DNA from: Actinomycetales bacterium
GTDB taxonomy: Bacteria; Actinomycetota; Actinomycetes; Actinomycetales; Microbacteriaceae
Length of the DNA: 64,000 nucleotides
Assembly: GCA_015655445.1 (NCBI GenBank)
Contig: JAATFA010000108.1
Span: 26,410 to 90,409 of the forward strand
Reading direction: 5' to 3'
Of the stretch, positions 1 through 9,296 are shown one piece after another. A model generated the notes under the pieces. That model was not told the origin of the DNA. It saw only the letters and a list, made by a program, of their open reading frames with translations, and made no database searches. A program made the translations under genes and the position numbers. How positions within the stretch are numbered: the stretch's first letter is position 1; every line of letters begins with the position of its first letter.

Positions 1-2921
1 CCGATCTGCTGCTGCTCGACGCGGACTCGGAGCAGGAGAACGTCGTCGCCCACATCGCCGCCGGCAACTCGCTCGTCGTGCGCACGCTGCCAGGCACCGG
101 CGGCACCCAGACGATCGTCAACGCCCTCGGCGCCCTCGTCGCGCAGAACAAGCGCGTGCTCGTCGTGAGCCCGCGCCGCGCGACGCTGCGGGGCATCGCG
201 CAGCGCTTCGCGGACGTGGGCCTCACGGGTCTCGCGGTCGCGCCCTCGACCCTGCGCCGCGACCTCGTGCGCTCGATCGCCCGCGCCGAGAAGGCCGCCA
301 AGCCGCAGCTCGCCGAGGTCGACGACGCTCTCGTGCGCTTGCGCGGCGTGCTGCTCGACTATCGCGGGGCGCTCGTGCGCAAGGACCCGGTGCTCGGGGT
401 GAGCGTGCTCGACTGCGTGACCGAGCTCAGCCGGCTCGCGCTCCTGCCGACGCCTCCCTCCACGACCGCGCGCCTCGGCCGCACGGCGATCGAGGCGCTC
501 GTGACCGATCGTGCACGGGCGGCGGAGGCGATGGTCGCCGCCGCGCGCCTCGGCGAGTTCAAGTACGGACCGGGCGACTCCCCGTGGTACGGGGCCGTCT
601 TCCGTTCGGGCGAGGAGCCCGCGCACGCGCACGCGACGGCGCGTCGGCTCGCCGAGGAGACGCTCCCGCGCCTGCTCACGCGTGCGCGCTCTCTCTTCGA
701 GCTCACGCCGCTGCGGCCGTTCTCGACGATCGCCGAGCTCGGCGTCATGCTGCGCCTGCTCACCGACCTGCGCGACACGCTCGACAAGTTCCAGCCGGAG
801 GTCTTCGACCGCTCGGTCGCCGAGCTCGTCGCGGCGACCGCGCCGCGCGCCGCGACGCCGGAGATGTCGGCCGGGAACCGCCGGCGTCTGCGGAAGCTCG
901 CGCGCGAGTACGTGCGTCCGGGCGTGCACGTGTCGGACATGCACGAGGCGCTCACGCGCATCCAGCAGCAGCGCATCCTGTGGCAGCGGTTCGCGCGTCC
1001 CGGCGTCGCGCCGCAGGTCCCCGTGGGGATCGCGGACGTGCAGGTGGCGTACCAGCAGGTCGCCCAGGACCTCGCGTCGCTCGACGGCCCGCTCGGGCGC
1101 TCGGGCGCCGACGCCCTCTCGGCGCTCCCGCTCGAGCAGCTCGCGACGCTCGTCTCGGCGCTCGCCGAGGAGTCCGACGTGCTGCAGAACCTGCAGGAGC
1201 GCACGCAGCTCGTGACGACGCTGCGCGCCCTCGAGCTCGACCCGCTCATCCAGGACCTCTCGGTGCGCCACGTGCCCGAGGACCAGGTCGCCGCCGAGCT
1301 CGAGCTCGCGTGGTGGACCTCTGCGCTCGAGAGCCTGCTCGCCGCCGATCGCGCGCTCCTCGGCGCCGACACGCGTGTGCTCGACCGGCTCGAGGCCGAC
1401 TTCCGTCTCGTCGACGAGGCGCACGTCGCCGGCAGCGCCGGCCTGCTCGGATGGCAGCTGTCGGAGAACTGGCGCATCGGCCTCGTCGACTGGCCGGACG
1501 AGGCGGCGGCCCTGCGGGAGCTCCTGCGCCGCGGGGAGCTCACCGCCGACGAGCTGCAGGACGCCGCGCCCCACCTCGCGCGAGCGATCGCGCCCGTCTG
1601 GCTCGCGTCGCCGTACGAGGTGCCGCGTCTGGGCACGGCCACGCGCTTCGACGCCGTGCTGCTCGTCGACGCGGGCGCGACCACGCTCGCCGAGAACGTG
1701 GGCGCGATCCGCCGTGCCAAGCAGGTCGTCGCGTTCGGCGACCCGGTGACGCAGACGCCGACGCCGTTCGCGATCGGGCTCGGCCGCAGCGCCGTGGAGG
1801 AGGTGCGCCCGGCGGCGCCCGGTGAGGGCGGCGACGGGGAGGCGTCCGCCGGCACGATCGGGGACCTGCACGCCGACTCGGCGTTCGCACGCCTCGCCGG
1901 CCTGCTGCCCGCGCTCGAGCTCACGCGCAGCTACCGCGCGGGCGGGGAGGATCTCGCCGAGCTCGTCAACCGTCGGTTCTACGGCGGCAGGATCCAGTCC
2001 CTGCCCTGGGCGGGCACGTTCCTCGGCCACGGGAGCCTGCAGATCGACTTCCTCGCGGAGGGCACCGGCCTTCCCGACGAGGAGACGGGCGCCGTGGAGA
2101 GCGTCGACGCGGAGGTCGCACGCGTCGTCGAGCTCGTGCTCGCGCATGCGGCGACGCGTCCGCACGAGTCGCTCATGGTCATCACGGCGAGCACGAAGCA
2201 CGCCGTGCGCGTGCAGCAGGCGGTGCTCGAGGCGATCGCGACTCGCCCCGACGCGGCCGACTTCGTCGTCGCCGACCGTCCCGAGCCGTTCGCGGTGCTG
2301 CCGGTCGAGCAGGCGGCGGCGCAGAGCGCGGATCGCGTCGTGTTCTCCGTCGGCTTCGGTCGCACGCCGCACGGCCGCGTGCTCTCCAACCTCGGCGCGC
2401 TCGGCGAGCCGGGCGGCGAGCGGCTGCTCGCGGTCGCGATGACGCGTGCGCGGCGCCACCTCACGATCGTGAGCTGCTTCCGACCCGAGGACCTCGACGA
2501 GGAGCGCATGCAGCACGGAGCGCTCGCGCTCGCGGGCATCCTGCGCGACACGGTCGCGCGCCGGGCGGAGGAGCCCATCCCTGACGACGGCGACCCGATG
2601 CTCGTGGACCTCGCCCGACGGCTCGAGGCGCGGGGGCTGCGCGTCGCGCTCGGGCACCGCGGCAAGCTCGGGCTCGTGGTTGCCAACGGCGGCATGTGCG
2701 CGACCGTGGAGACCGACGCGGTGCTGCACCGCGGCTCGCTGCGGGAGTCGCTGCGCCTACGGCCCGAGCTGCTTCGCCGGCTCGGTTGGCACTACGCGCG
2801 CGTGCACGCGTTCGAGCTCTTCAGCGAGCCCGACGCGGTCGCGGATCGCATCGCGACGATGCTCGGCGTGATCCCGCGGCCCGCGACGGAGGAGATCCCC
2901 GCGGTCCCCGCCCGTGGCTGA
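1..2921 (+). CDS. SF1 (Upf1/DNA2-like) helicase-family protein with C-terminal restriction-endonuclease-like domain; 5' end outside the window; catalytic motifs degenerate
   Basis: The frame is open from position 3 (DLLLLDADSEQENVV...). SF1 motifs are recognisable: TLPGTGGT (Walker A position), LLVDAG (Walker B position), FGDPVTQ, LTRSYR, RLLAVAMTRARRH. The tail ...LLRRLGWHYARVHAFELF is REase/Vsr-like. Confidence 0.75.
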   Translation, partial: DLLLLDADSEQENVVAHIAAGNSLVVRTLPGTGGTQTIVNALGALVAQNKRVLVVSPRRATLRGIAQRFADVGLTGLAVAPSTLRRDLVRSIARAEKAAKPQLAEVDDALVRLRGVLLDYRGALVRKDPVLGVSVLDCVTELSRLALLPTPPSTTARLGRTAIEALVTDRARAAEAMVAAARLGEFKYGPGDSPWYGAVFRSGEEPAHAHATARRLAEETLPRLLTRARSLFELTPLRPFSTIAELGVMLRLLTDLRDTLDKFQPEVFDRSVAELVAATAPRAATPEMSAGNRRRLRKLAREYVRPGVHVSDMHEALTRIQQQRILWQRFARPGVAPQVPVGIADVQVAYQQVAQDLASLDGPLGRSGADALSALPLEQLATLVSALAEESDVLQNLQERTQLVTTLRALELDPLIQDLSVRHVPEDQVAAELELAWWTSALESLLAADRALLGADTRVLDRLEADFRLVDEAHVAGSAGLLGWQLSENWRIGLVDWPDEAAALRELLRRGELTADELQDAAPHLARAIAPVWLASPYEVPRLGTATRFDAVLLVDAGATTLAENVGAIRRAKQVVAFGDPVTQTPTPFAIGLGRSAVEEVRPAAPGEGGDGEASAGTIGDLHADSAFARLAGLLPALELTRSYRAGGEDLAELVNRRFYGGRIQSLPWAGTFLGHGSLQIDFLAEGTGLPDEETGAVESVDAEVARVVELVLAHAATRPHESLMVITASTKHAVRVQQAVLEAIATRPDAADFVVADRPEPFAVLPVEQAAAQSADRVVFSVGFGRTPHGRVLSNLGALGEPGGERLLAVAMTRARRHLTIVSCFRPEDLDEERMQHGALALAGILRDTVARRAEEPIPDDGDPMLVDLARRLEARGLRVALGHRGKLGLVVANGGMCATVETDAVLHRGSLRESLRLRPELLRRLGWHYARVHAFELFSEPDAVADRIATMLGVIPRPATEEIPAVPARG

Positions 2922-3090
2922 CGAGCCGGGCGAGGATCCCGGCGCGAGCGGCACGCGGGCACGCCGCCACCGTCGGGTGCGCACGGAGCCGCCGCCGGGA
3001 TCCGATCCGTCGCCCCTTGCGGAATCCCCGCGGCACGCCGAGAGCGAGAACGACGCGCGGCTGCGCGTCGAGAAGCCGCCCCACTACTGA
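2914..3090 (+). CDS. Small hypothetical protein (58 aa) ending ...ENDARLRVEKPPHY
   Basis: Not in the ORF track. GTG at 2914 overlaps the helicase stop and follows GGAG; TGA at 3088-3090. A C-terminal 'L..E.PPH(Y/H/W)' is typical of small actinobacterial proteins near mscL (recalled, not searched). Confidence 0.6.
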   Translation: MADEPGEDPGASGTRARRHRRVRTEPPPGSDPSPLAESPRHAESENDARLRVEKPPHY

Positions 3091-3179
3091 GCGCGCCCCT
3101 CGAGGTGTGCCGCCGCCTGGGCGCGGGCGTGCTCCGTCGCCGCGGCGCGTGCCGTCCGCCTCGTCTCGGCGCGGGAGTG

Positions 3180-3665
3180 CTACTGCTGCGCGGGGGCGGG
3201 CGGCGCGGCGTGCTTGCCCTCCGCGCCGCCCGCGCCGTCGGCCGTCTGACCGGTCGCGAGCAGGTCGCGGATGTCCTTGAGCAGCTCGAGCTCGGTCGGC
3301 GGCGTGTCTGCGTCGACGGCGGGCTCGCCCTCCTCCTTCTTGCGGAAGGCCGTCTTCTTGAGGTGGTTGATCGGCAGCACGAGCACGAAGTAGACGACGA
3401 CCGCGACGATGAGGAACTGGATCGCCGCGCCGATCACGGCGCCGAACTTGATCTCGGCCGGATGGGCGGGATCGGCCAGGCTCGGGATCCGCACGATGAG
3501 CAGGCTGTCGAGGCTCCCCGCGTTGAAGAGCGCCCCGATCGCGGGATTGAAGATGTTCGTCACGAGCGAGTTCACGATCGTCGTGAACGCCGCACCGACC
3601 ACGACGGCCACCGCGAGGTCGATGACGTTGCCGCGCAGCAGGAATTCCTTGAAGCCCTTGAGCAT
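3180..3665 (-). CDS. mscL: Large-conductance mechanosensitive channel
   Basis: MLKGFKEFLLRGNVIDLAVAVVVGAAF N-terminus; LLKDIRDLL C-terminal helix. Confidence 0.97.
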   Translation of the reverse strand: MLKGFKEFLLRGNVIDLAVAVVVGAAFTTIVNSLVTNIFNPAIGALFNAGSLDSLLIVRIPSLADPAHPAEIKFGAVIGAAIQFLIVAVVVYFVLVLPINHLKKTAFRKKEEGEPAVDADTPPTELELLKDIRDLLATGQTADGAGGAEGKHAAPPAPAQQ

Positions 3666-3752
3666 GTGCCCTCCGAGGATCCGGTCGACTACGTGCTCAG
3701 GGTAGCGGTCATCGCCCCTCGAACGGGGGAGGCGCTCAGCTCGCGGCCGCGC

Positions 3753-4127
3753 TCAGCTCGCGGCCGCGCTCGATCCGGACGTGCGTGAGCCGGAGCCGGA
3801 CGAGCCGGAGCCGGACGAGCCGGAGCCGGACGTCGTGCCCGCCGCCCCGGAGCCCGAGGAGCCGGAGCCCGAGGAGCCGTCCCCGGAGCCCGAGGAGCCC
3901 GAGCCTGTCGCGCCCGCCGACTCACCCGACCCGCTTGCGCCACGCGTCGCCGCGCGGCTGTCTGTGCGGTAGAAGCCGCTGCCGTTGAACGTGATGCCCA
4001 CGGGGCTGAAGACCTTGCGCAGTCGCCCGCCGCAGCTCGGGCACTCGGTGAGCGCGTCATCCGTGAACGACTGCTGGACGTCGAAGGCGTGGCCGCACTC
4101 GGTGCAGCGGTAGGAGTAGGTCGGCAC
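3753..4127 (-). CDS. FmdB family zinc-ribbon protein with Gly/Ser low-complexity tail
   Basis: MPTYSYRCTECGHAF...CPSCGG...FNGSGFYRTD. Confidence 0.93.
   Translation of the reverse strand: MPTYSYRCTECGHAFDVQQSFTDDALTECPSCGGRLRKVFSPVGITFNGSGFYRTDSRAATRGASGSGESAGATGSGSSGSGDGSSGSGSSGSGAAGTTSGSGSSGSGSSGSGSRTSGSSAAAS
3788..3906. repeat. 15-bp-type coding tandem repeats (GSGSS units) in the FmdB tail
   Basis: gagccggagccggac and gagcccgaggagccg reiterated. Confidence 0.75.
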
Positions 4128-4130
4128 GGG

Positions 4131-4715
4131 TTACCTCGGGAATCGCGTGATGCCGGACGGGGTGACGGCGCCGTCGACGGGCTGGTCGTGCCGTTCGCGC
4201 GGCACCGAGTCGACGACCTCGCTGTCGAAGAGAACAGCATAGACCGGCGGCCGCCGCTCCATCGAGCCGAGCGTCTTGTCGAAGTAGCCGAGCCCCCACC
4301 CCATCCGCATCCCGGACCGGTCGACGCACGCGGCCGGCACGAGGATGAGGTCGACGTCGTTGATCGCGATGGGGCCGAGCAGCTCCCCCGACGGCGTCGG
4401 CATGCCCGCCACGTCGGTCTCCTCGTCCCCGCCGTCATAGCGCGCCCAGTCGAGCAGCCCGTCGTCGCGCGAGACGGGCAGGAGGACCCGCACGCCGTTC
4501 CCGTGCGCCCACGCGAGGAAGGGACGCGTGTCGGGCTCGTCCTGCAGCGAGAGGTAGGCGGAGAGCGACCGGGCGCGCGTGTCCGAGGCGAGGCGCGTGA
4601 GATGGCGCGTGAGACCCGCGGTCGCGGCCGCGCGCTCGGACGCCGTCATCGCCCTCCGGCGTTCGCGCAGCTCCGCCCGCAGCGCGCGTTTCGCCTCCTC
4701 CGCGTGGTGGGTCAT
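4131..4715 (-). CDS. 5-formyltetrahydrofolate cyclo-ligase
   Basis: KRALRAELRERR start, EPDT, VDLILVPA, RMGWGLGYFDKTL, VPRERHDQPVD. Confidence 0.95.
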   Translation of the reverse strand: MTHHAEEAKRALRAELRERRRAMTASERAAATAGLTRHLTRLASDTRARSLSAYLSLQDEPDTRPFLAWAHGNGVRVLLPVSRDDGLLDWARYDGGDEETDVAGMPTPSGELLGPIAINDVDLILVPAACVDRSGMRMGWGLGYFDKTLGSMERRPPVYAVLFDSEVVDSVPRERHDQPVDGAVTPSGITRFPR

Positions 4716-4721
4716 GTGGTC

Positions 4722-4749
4722 ATCCTACGAGCGGCCGCACCGATAGCCT
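4722..4749. promoter_or_regulatory. Back-to-back leaderless -10 elements (TAGGAT on -, TAGCCT on +)
   Basis: Each TANNNT hexamer lies 6 nt before a start codon (4715 and 4756); no SD sequence. Confidence 0.6.
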
Positions 4750-4755
4750 GGTGCC

Positions 4756-5646
4756 ATGTCTTCCGCCATCACGAAGGCCGTGATCCCTGCCGCGGGCCTC
4801 GGCACGCGATTCCTCCCCGCGACGAAGGCGATGCCGAAGGAGATGCTCCCGGTCGTCGACAAGCCCGCGATCCAGTACGTGGTCGAGGAGGCGGTCGACG
4901 CCGGCATCACCGACGTGCTCATGATCACGGGACGCAACAAGAACGCGCTCGAGAACCACTTCGACCGGGTCACGGAGCTCGAGGTCGCGCTGCAGAAGAA
5001 GGGCGACCTCGAGCGCCTCCGCCGCGTCAACAAGTCGACGGACCTCGCCGACCTGCACTACGTGCGCCAGGGGGATCCGAGGGGGCTCGGCCACGCCGTG
5101 CTGCGCGCGAAGCTGCACGTGGGCAACAACTCCTTCGCCGTGCTGCTCGGCGACGACATCATCGACAGCCGCGACGTGCTCCTGCGGCGCATGGTCGAGG
5201 TGGCGACCCAGCGCGACACGTCCGTCATCGCGCTCCTCGAGGTCGACCCGTCGCTCTCGAGCATGTACGGCATCGCGACGGTGGAGAGGACGGACGAGGA
5301 CGATGTCGTGCGCGTGACGGGGCTCGTCGAGAAGCCCTCGCCCGCCGACGCGCCCTCCAACCTCGCCGTCATCGGCCGCTACGTGCTGCGGCCGGAGGTG
5401 TTCACGGTGCTCGAGCGGACGCCGCCGGGCAAGGGCGACGAGATCCAGCTCACGGACGCGCTGCAGGAGATGGCGGCGAGCGACGAGTACGGCGGCGTCT
5501 ACGGCATCGTCTTCCGCGGGCGCCGCTACGACACGGGCGACCGTCTCGACTACATCAAGGCCATCGTCCAGCTCGCCGCGGACCGCGACGACCTCGGGCC
5601 CGACGTGCGCTCGTGGCTCAAGGGCTTCGTCGCGGGCCTCGACTGA
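4756..5646 (+). CDS. galU: UTP--glucose-1-phosphate uridylyltransferase
   Basis: KAVIPAAGLGTRFLPATKAMPKEMLPVVDKP; VEKP; EIQLTDAL. Confidence 0.97.
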   Translation: MSSAITKAVIPAAGLGTRFLPATKAMPKEMLPVVDKPAIQYVVEEAVDAGITDVLMITGRNKNALENHFDRVTELEVALQKKGDLERLRRVNKSTDLADLHYVRQGDPRGLGHAVLRAKLHVGNNSFAVLLGDDIIDSRDVLLRRMVEVATQRDTSVIALLEVDPSLSSMYGIATVERTDEDDVVRVTGLVEKPSPADAPSNLAVIGRYVLRPEVFTVLERTPPGKGDEIQLTDALQEMAASDEYGGVYGIVFRGRRYDTGDRLDYIKAIVQLAADRDDLGPDVRSWLKGFVAGLD

Positions 5647-5660
5647 CGCCTGCGGTAGCG

Positions 5661-6317
5661 ATGACGCCGCCGATCCCCACGCTCCGGCACGGCGATGTCG
5701 CCATCCGGCCGATCCGGTTGCGCGACGCGCGCGTGCTCGAGCGGGAGCTGCTCGGCAACCGGGGCTGGCTGCGGCAGTGGGAGGCCACGAACCCGCACGG
5801 CCCGCTGTCCTTCGACACGCGGGCCGGCATCCGCTCCCTGCTCGCGGGCGCGCGCGAGGGCACGGGCATCCCGTTCGCCATGGAGTACGACGGCGAGTTC
5901 GCGGGCCAGCTCAACGTCTCGTCGATGAGCTACGGCTCGCTCGCGTCGGCGACGATCGGGTATTGGGTCGCGGAGCGATTCGCGGGTCACGGCGTCACGC
6001 CGACGGCCGTCGCGCTCGCGACCGACCACGTGTTCTTCACGGTGGGTCTGCACCGCATGGAGATCTGCATCCGGCCGGAGAACGAGCCGAGTCTGCGCGT
6101 CGTGCAGAAGCTCGGGTTCCGCTATGAGGGGCTGCGGCGGCGCTACATCCACATCAACGGGGACTGGCGCGACCACTTCGCGTTCGCCCTCACGGCCGAG
6201 GAGGTGCCGCAGGGCGTGCTGCGCCGCTGGGTCGAGGGCCGCGCGCCCGAGGCCGACGCCGCTGTTCCCGCGGCGGACCGCGAGCTCGCCGCCCACCCGC
6301 TGCGCCTCCCCCGCTGA
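5661..6317 (+). CDS. RimJ/RimL-family GNAT N-acetyltransferase
   Basis: C-terminal part of ORF 4089..6317: IGYWV, LHRMEICIRPENEPSLRVVQKLGFRYEG, WRDH. ATG at 5661. Confidence 0.92.
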   Translation: MTPPIPTLRHGDVAIRPIRLRDARVLERELLGNRGWLRQWEATNPHGPLSFDTRAGIRSLLAGAREGTGIPFAMEYDGEFAGQLNVSSMSYGSLASATIGYWVAERFAGHGVTPTAVALATDHVFFTVGLHRMEICIRPENEPSLRVVQKLGFRYEGLRRRYIHINGDWRDHFAFALTAEEVPQGVLRRWVEGRAPEADAAVPAADRELAAHPLRLPR

Positions 6318-6352
6318 TCCCCGCCTCTCCCTCTCTCCCCCCTCTTCTCCAC

Positions 6353-6414
6353 GCGCCGGCGTGTCCGGCATGCGCGCCCGGAATTCCGGCCGCGCATGCC
6401 GGACACGCCGGCGC
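6353..6414. repeat. 62-bp near-perfect palindrome between convergent genes (REP-like or bidirectional terminator)
   Basis: gcgccggcgtgtccggcatgcgcg-c-ccggaattccgg-c-cgcgcatgccggacacgccggcgc, preceded by a pyrimidine tract at ~6318-6350. Confidence 0.85.
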
Positions 6415-6432
6415 AAGCGGAGGGGAGGCGGG

Positions 6433-7185
6433 TCAGTCGTCGGGGAGGCTCACGAGCGGCGTCATGCGCGCGAGCTCGAGACCGAGCCCGAGGTCGACGA
6501 GGCGCACCCGCCCGGCGAGCGAGGAGGCGGGCGGCAGCAGGAGGCCGGCCTTGTAGCCGCCGAACGTCACCGTGACCGTCGCCGGCAGCACCGTCGGATC
6601 CGGCACGGACCCGTCGTCGGGGGAGATCCCGCTCGGGATGTCGACCGCGACCACCGCCGGTCCGCCCTCCTCGCGGACGACGGGAAGCATCTCCGCCACG
6701 ACCTCGCGCGCGCGGTCCCGCAGGGCCGGACGCGCGCCCGTGCCCGTGCCGAGGATGCCGTCGACGACGACGTCGTGCTCGCGAGCGAGGCGCGCCCAGT
6801 GCCGCGCGCGCTCCTCGCGGTCCGCGGCCGGGGCGGGCTCGGGCGCCCGCACGGCCCCCGCCTCGAGTGCGGCGGCGAGCCCCTCGTCGTGGATGCGGGA
6901 CCCGACCGCGAGGACGCTCACGTCCACGCCCGCGCGCGCGAGCTCCGCGCCGGCATAGAGCGCGTCCCCGCCGTTGTTGCCCGACCCCGCGAGCACGAGC
7001 ACGCGCCCCGCACCGCGGGCCGCGGCCGCCTCGCGGTCCGCCGCGCGCGCCTCGCCGCGTGCCGCGAGCACGGAACGGATCTCCTCCGCGAGCGCGCTCG
7101 CCGCCCGCAGCATGAGCGGCTCGCCCGCCGCGAGGTGCGGCGCCTCCGCCCGTCGCACCTGCTCCGCCGAGTACCCCGCGCGCAT
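6433..7185 (-). CDS. nnrE: NAD(P)H-hydrate epimerase (YjeF N-terminal domain, stand-alone)
   Basis: LAGSGNNGGDAL, VVDGILGTG, VAVDIPSG, TVTFGGYK. ATG at 7185. Confidence 0.9.
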   Translation of the reverse strand: MRAGYSAEQVRRAEAPHLAAGEPLMLRAASALAEEIRSVLAARGEARAADREAAAARGAGRVLVLAGSGNNGGDALYAGAELARAGVDVSVLAVGSRIHDEGLAAALEAGAVRAPEPAPAADREERARHWARLAREHDVVVDGILGTGTGARPALRDRAREVVAEMLPVVREEGGPAVVAVDIPSGISPDDGSVPDPTVLPATVTVTFGGYKAGLLLPPASSLAGRVRLVDLGLGLELARMTPLVSLPDD

Positions 7186-7227
7186 GCGTCCACTCTCGCA
7201 CGGGGTCGCCGCCGCGTGCCCGCCCGG

Positions 7228-7260
7228 CCGCCACGTAAATTGCTCGTTACGGATGGCGGC
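7228..7260. promoter_or_regulatory. Inverted repeat with AT-rich core (CGTAA-N8-TTACG) upstream of the cytosine permease; candidate operator
   Basis: gccgcca-cgtaa-attgctcg-ttacg-ga-tggcggc; -10 TAGACT at 7302-7307. Confidence 0.4.
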
Positions 7261-7314
7261 GACGAGAGCCGTCCCCGTGGATGCGGCGCTCGCGCGAGCT
7301 CTAGACTGCGGCGC

Positions 7315-8772
7315 GTGACCACTGCTCCCGCGGGCGCTGCGAGCCCGACCACGAGAACCGGCATCGTCGAGCCGGGAGGCATCGAGGCCATCCCGACGAG
7401 CAAGCGCCACGGGTCGCCCTGGCAGCTGCTCGCCACCTGGACCGCGCCGAATCTCGAGTTCGCCACCGTCTTCGTCGGCATGATCGCGGTCGCCTTCTTC
7501 GGGCTCGGCTTCTGGCAGGCTCTCGCCGCGGTCGTGCTCGGCAACGCGCTCGGCGCGGCGACGCAGGGCATCCTCTCCACGTGGGGTCCGCGGGAGGGCG
7601 TCGCCCAGCTCGTGCTGAGCCGCACGGCCTTCGGCACGCGCGGCAACATCCTGCCTGCCGCGATCAACACGATCATGGCCGGCCTCGGCTGGTTCGCGGT
7701 CAACTCGGTGAGCGGCGCGCTCGCGCTCACGACGCTCACGGGGATGCCCGCGTGGCTCTCGCTCGTCATCATCGTCGTCGTCGAGGTCGGCCTCGCGTTC
7801 GTCGGGCACGACCTCGTGCAGTTCTTCGAGCGGTATGCGACCTACGTGCTCGGCGTCATCTTCCTCGTCGCGACGATCACGATCTTCGTGCACGCGGACG
7901 TGAACGCGCCCGTCAAGGGCGGCGGGTTCAGCTTCGCGGGCTTCATGCTCACGGCGGGGGCCGCGTTCGGCTACGCCGCGGGGTGGAACCCGTACGCGAG
8001 CGACTACAGCCGCTACCTGCCCCGCACCGCGAGCCGCGCGGCGATCGGATGGGCGGCGGGCCTGGGCAACTTCATCTCCTGCACGGTGCTCATGGCCGCC
8101 GGCGCGGCCGCGGCGACGATCGGCTTCAACGGGGACAACCCGACCGAGTCGTTCACCTCGAGCATGCCCGCGGTCGTGAGCGGCTTCACGCTCGTCGCGA
8201 TCGCGGTCGGTGCGATCGCGGCCAACGCGCTCAACATCTATTCGGGGGCCATGTCGTTCCTCGCTGCGGGCGTGCGGCTCCCGTTCGGGCTGCGGCGCGC
8301 GATCACGGCGCTCGGGTTCGGCGTGCTCGGCTTCGTCATCGCGCTCATCGCGGTCATCAACGCGCAGTTCGAGAGCAACTACGAGAACTTCCTGCTCGTC
8401 ATCGCGTACTGGATCGCGCCGTGGCTCGGCGTCGTGCTCGTCGACCGATGGCTGCGCCGCGGCACCGAGATCGTGTCCCTCATCCCGGACCACGCCCGCT
8501 ACCGCAACTGGGCCGGCTTCGCCGCGTTCATCGTCGGCGTCGCCGTCTCGGTCGTGTTCTTCTCGAATCAGACGCTCTTCCTCGGTCTCATCGTCCAGTG
8601 GACGGGCGGCGCCGCCTCGCCCATCGGCGATCTCACGGCGCTCGTCGGCTTCGTCATCGCGGCCGTGCTCTACTACGTGCTCTTCCGGGTGACGAAGCCG
8701 AAGCTCGGCGCACCCCTCTCCGAGCTGCCGGAGACGGTCGCGGGCGTCGACGCGGCCGACGAGGTCGCGTGA
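7315..8772 (+). CDS. Purine-cytosine permease (NCS1 family)
   Basis: About 12 hydrophobic segments; WFAVNS, WNPYASDYSRYLP, NALNIYSG, WIAPW. GTG at 7315. Confidence 0.92.
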   Translation: MTTAPAGAASPTTRTGIVEPGGIEAIPTSKRHGSPWQLLATWTAPNLEFATVFVGMIAVAFFGLGFWQALAAVVLGNALGAATQGILSTWGPREGVAQLVLSRTAFGTRGNILPAAINTIMAGLGWFAVNSVSGALALTTLTGMPAWLSLVIIVVVEVGLAFVGHDLVQFFERYATYVLGVIFLVATITIFVHADVNAPVKGGGFSFAGFMLTAGAAFGYAAGWNPYASDYSRYLPRTASRAAIGWAAGLGNFISCTVLMAAGAAAATIGFNGDNPTESFTSSMPAVVSGFTLVAIAVGAIAANALNIYSGAMSFLAAGVRLPFGLRRAITALGFGVLGFVIALIAVINAQFESNYENFLLVIAYWIAPWLGVVLVDRWLRRGTEIVSLIPDHARYRNWAGFAAFIVGVAVSVVFFSNQTLFLGLIVQWTGGAASPIGDLTALVGFVIAAVLYYVLFRVTKPKLGAPLSELPETVAGVDAADEVA

Positions 8773-9242
8773 CGACGATCGAGGTCGGGCGCGTATACGA
8801 GTCCGACGCCGAGAAGCTCGCGGTCGCGATCGCGGAGGCGGAGCAGGGCGCGGCGGAGGGCGGGATCCCGATCGGCGCGGCCCTGTTCGACGGCGCGGGG
8901 CGGCTGCTCGGCAGCGGCCACAACCGCCGCGTGCAGGACGATGACGCGTCGATGCACGGCGAGACGAGCGCGTTCCGCAACGCGGGGCGCCAGCGCAGCT
9001 ACCGCGACACCGTCATGGTCACGACGCTCTCGCCGTGCTGGTACTGCTCCGGCCTCGTGCGGCAGTTCGGGATCGGGCGGGTCGTCGTGGGCGAGGACCG
9101 CAACTTCCTCGGCGGCCAGGACTGGCTTGCGGAGAACGGCGTCGACGTCACCGTCGTCAACGACCCACGCCTCATCCGCATGATGGCCGACTACATCGCG
9201 AGCAATCCCGAGGTCTGGAACGAGGACATCGGCGAGGACTGA
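8769..9242 (+). CDS. Cytosine/nucleoside deaminase (CDA fold, FCY1-like)
   Basis: EGGIPIGAAL, HGE...SPCWYC zinc motif, WNEDIGE tail. GTGA overlap with the permease. Confidence 0.92.
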   Translation: MTTIEVGRVYESDAEKLAVAIAEAEQGAAEGGIPIGAALFDGAGRLLGSGHNRRVQDDDASMHGETSAFRNAGRQRSYRDTVMVTTLSPCWYCSGLVRQFGIGRVVVGEDRNFLGGQDWLAENGVDVTVVNDPRLIRMMADYIASNPEVWNEDIGED

Positions 9243-9296
9243 ACACGCCCGGGGCACGTACCGGCATCCGTGAGGTCGGCCCCTACCGTTAACGGC

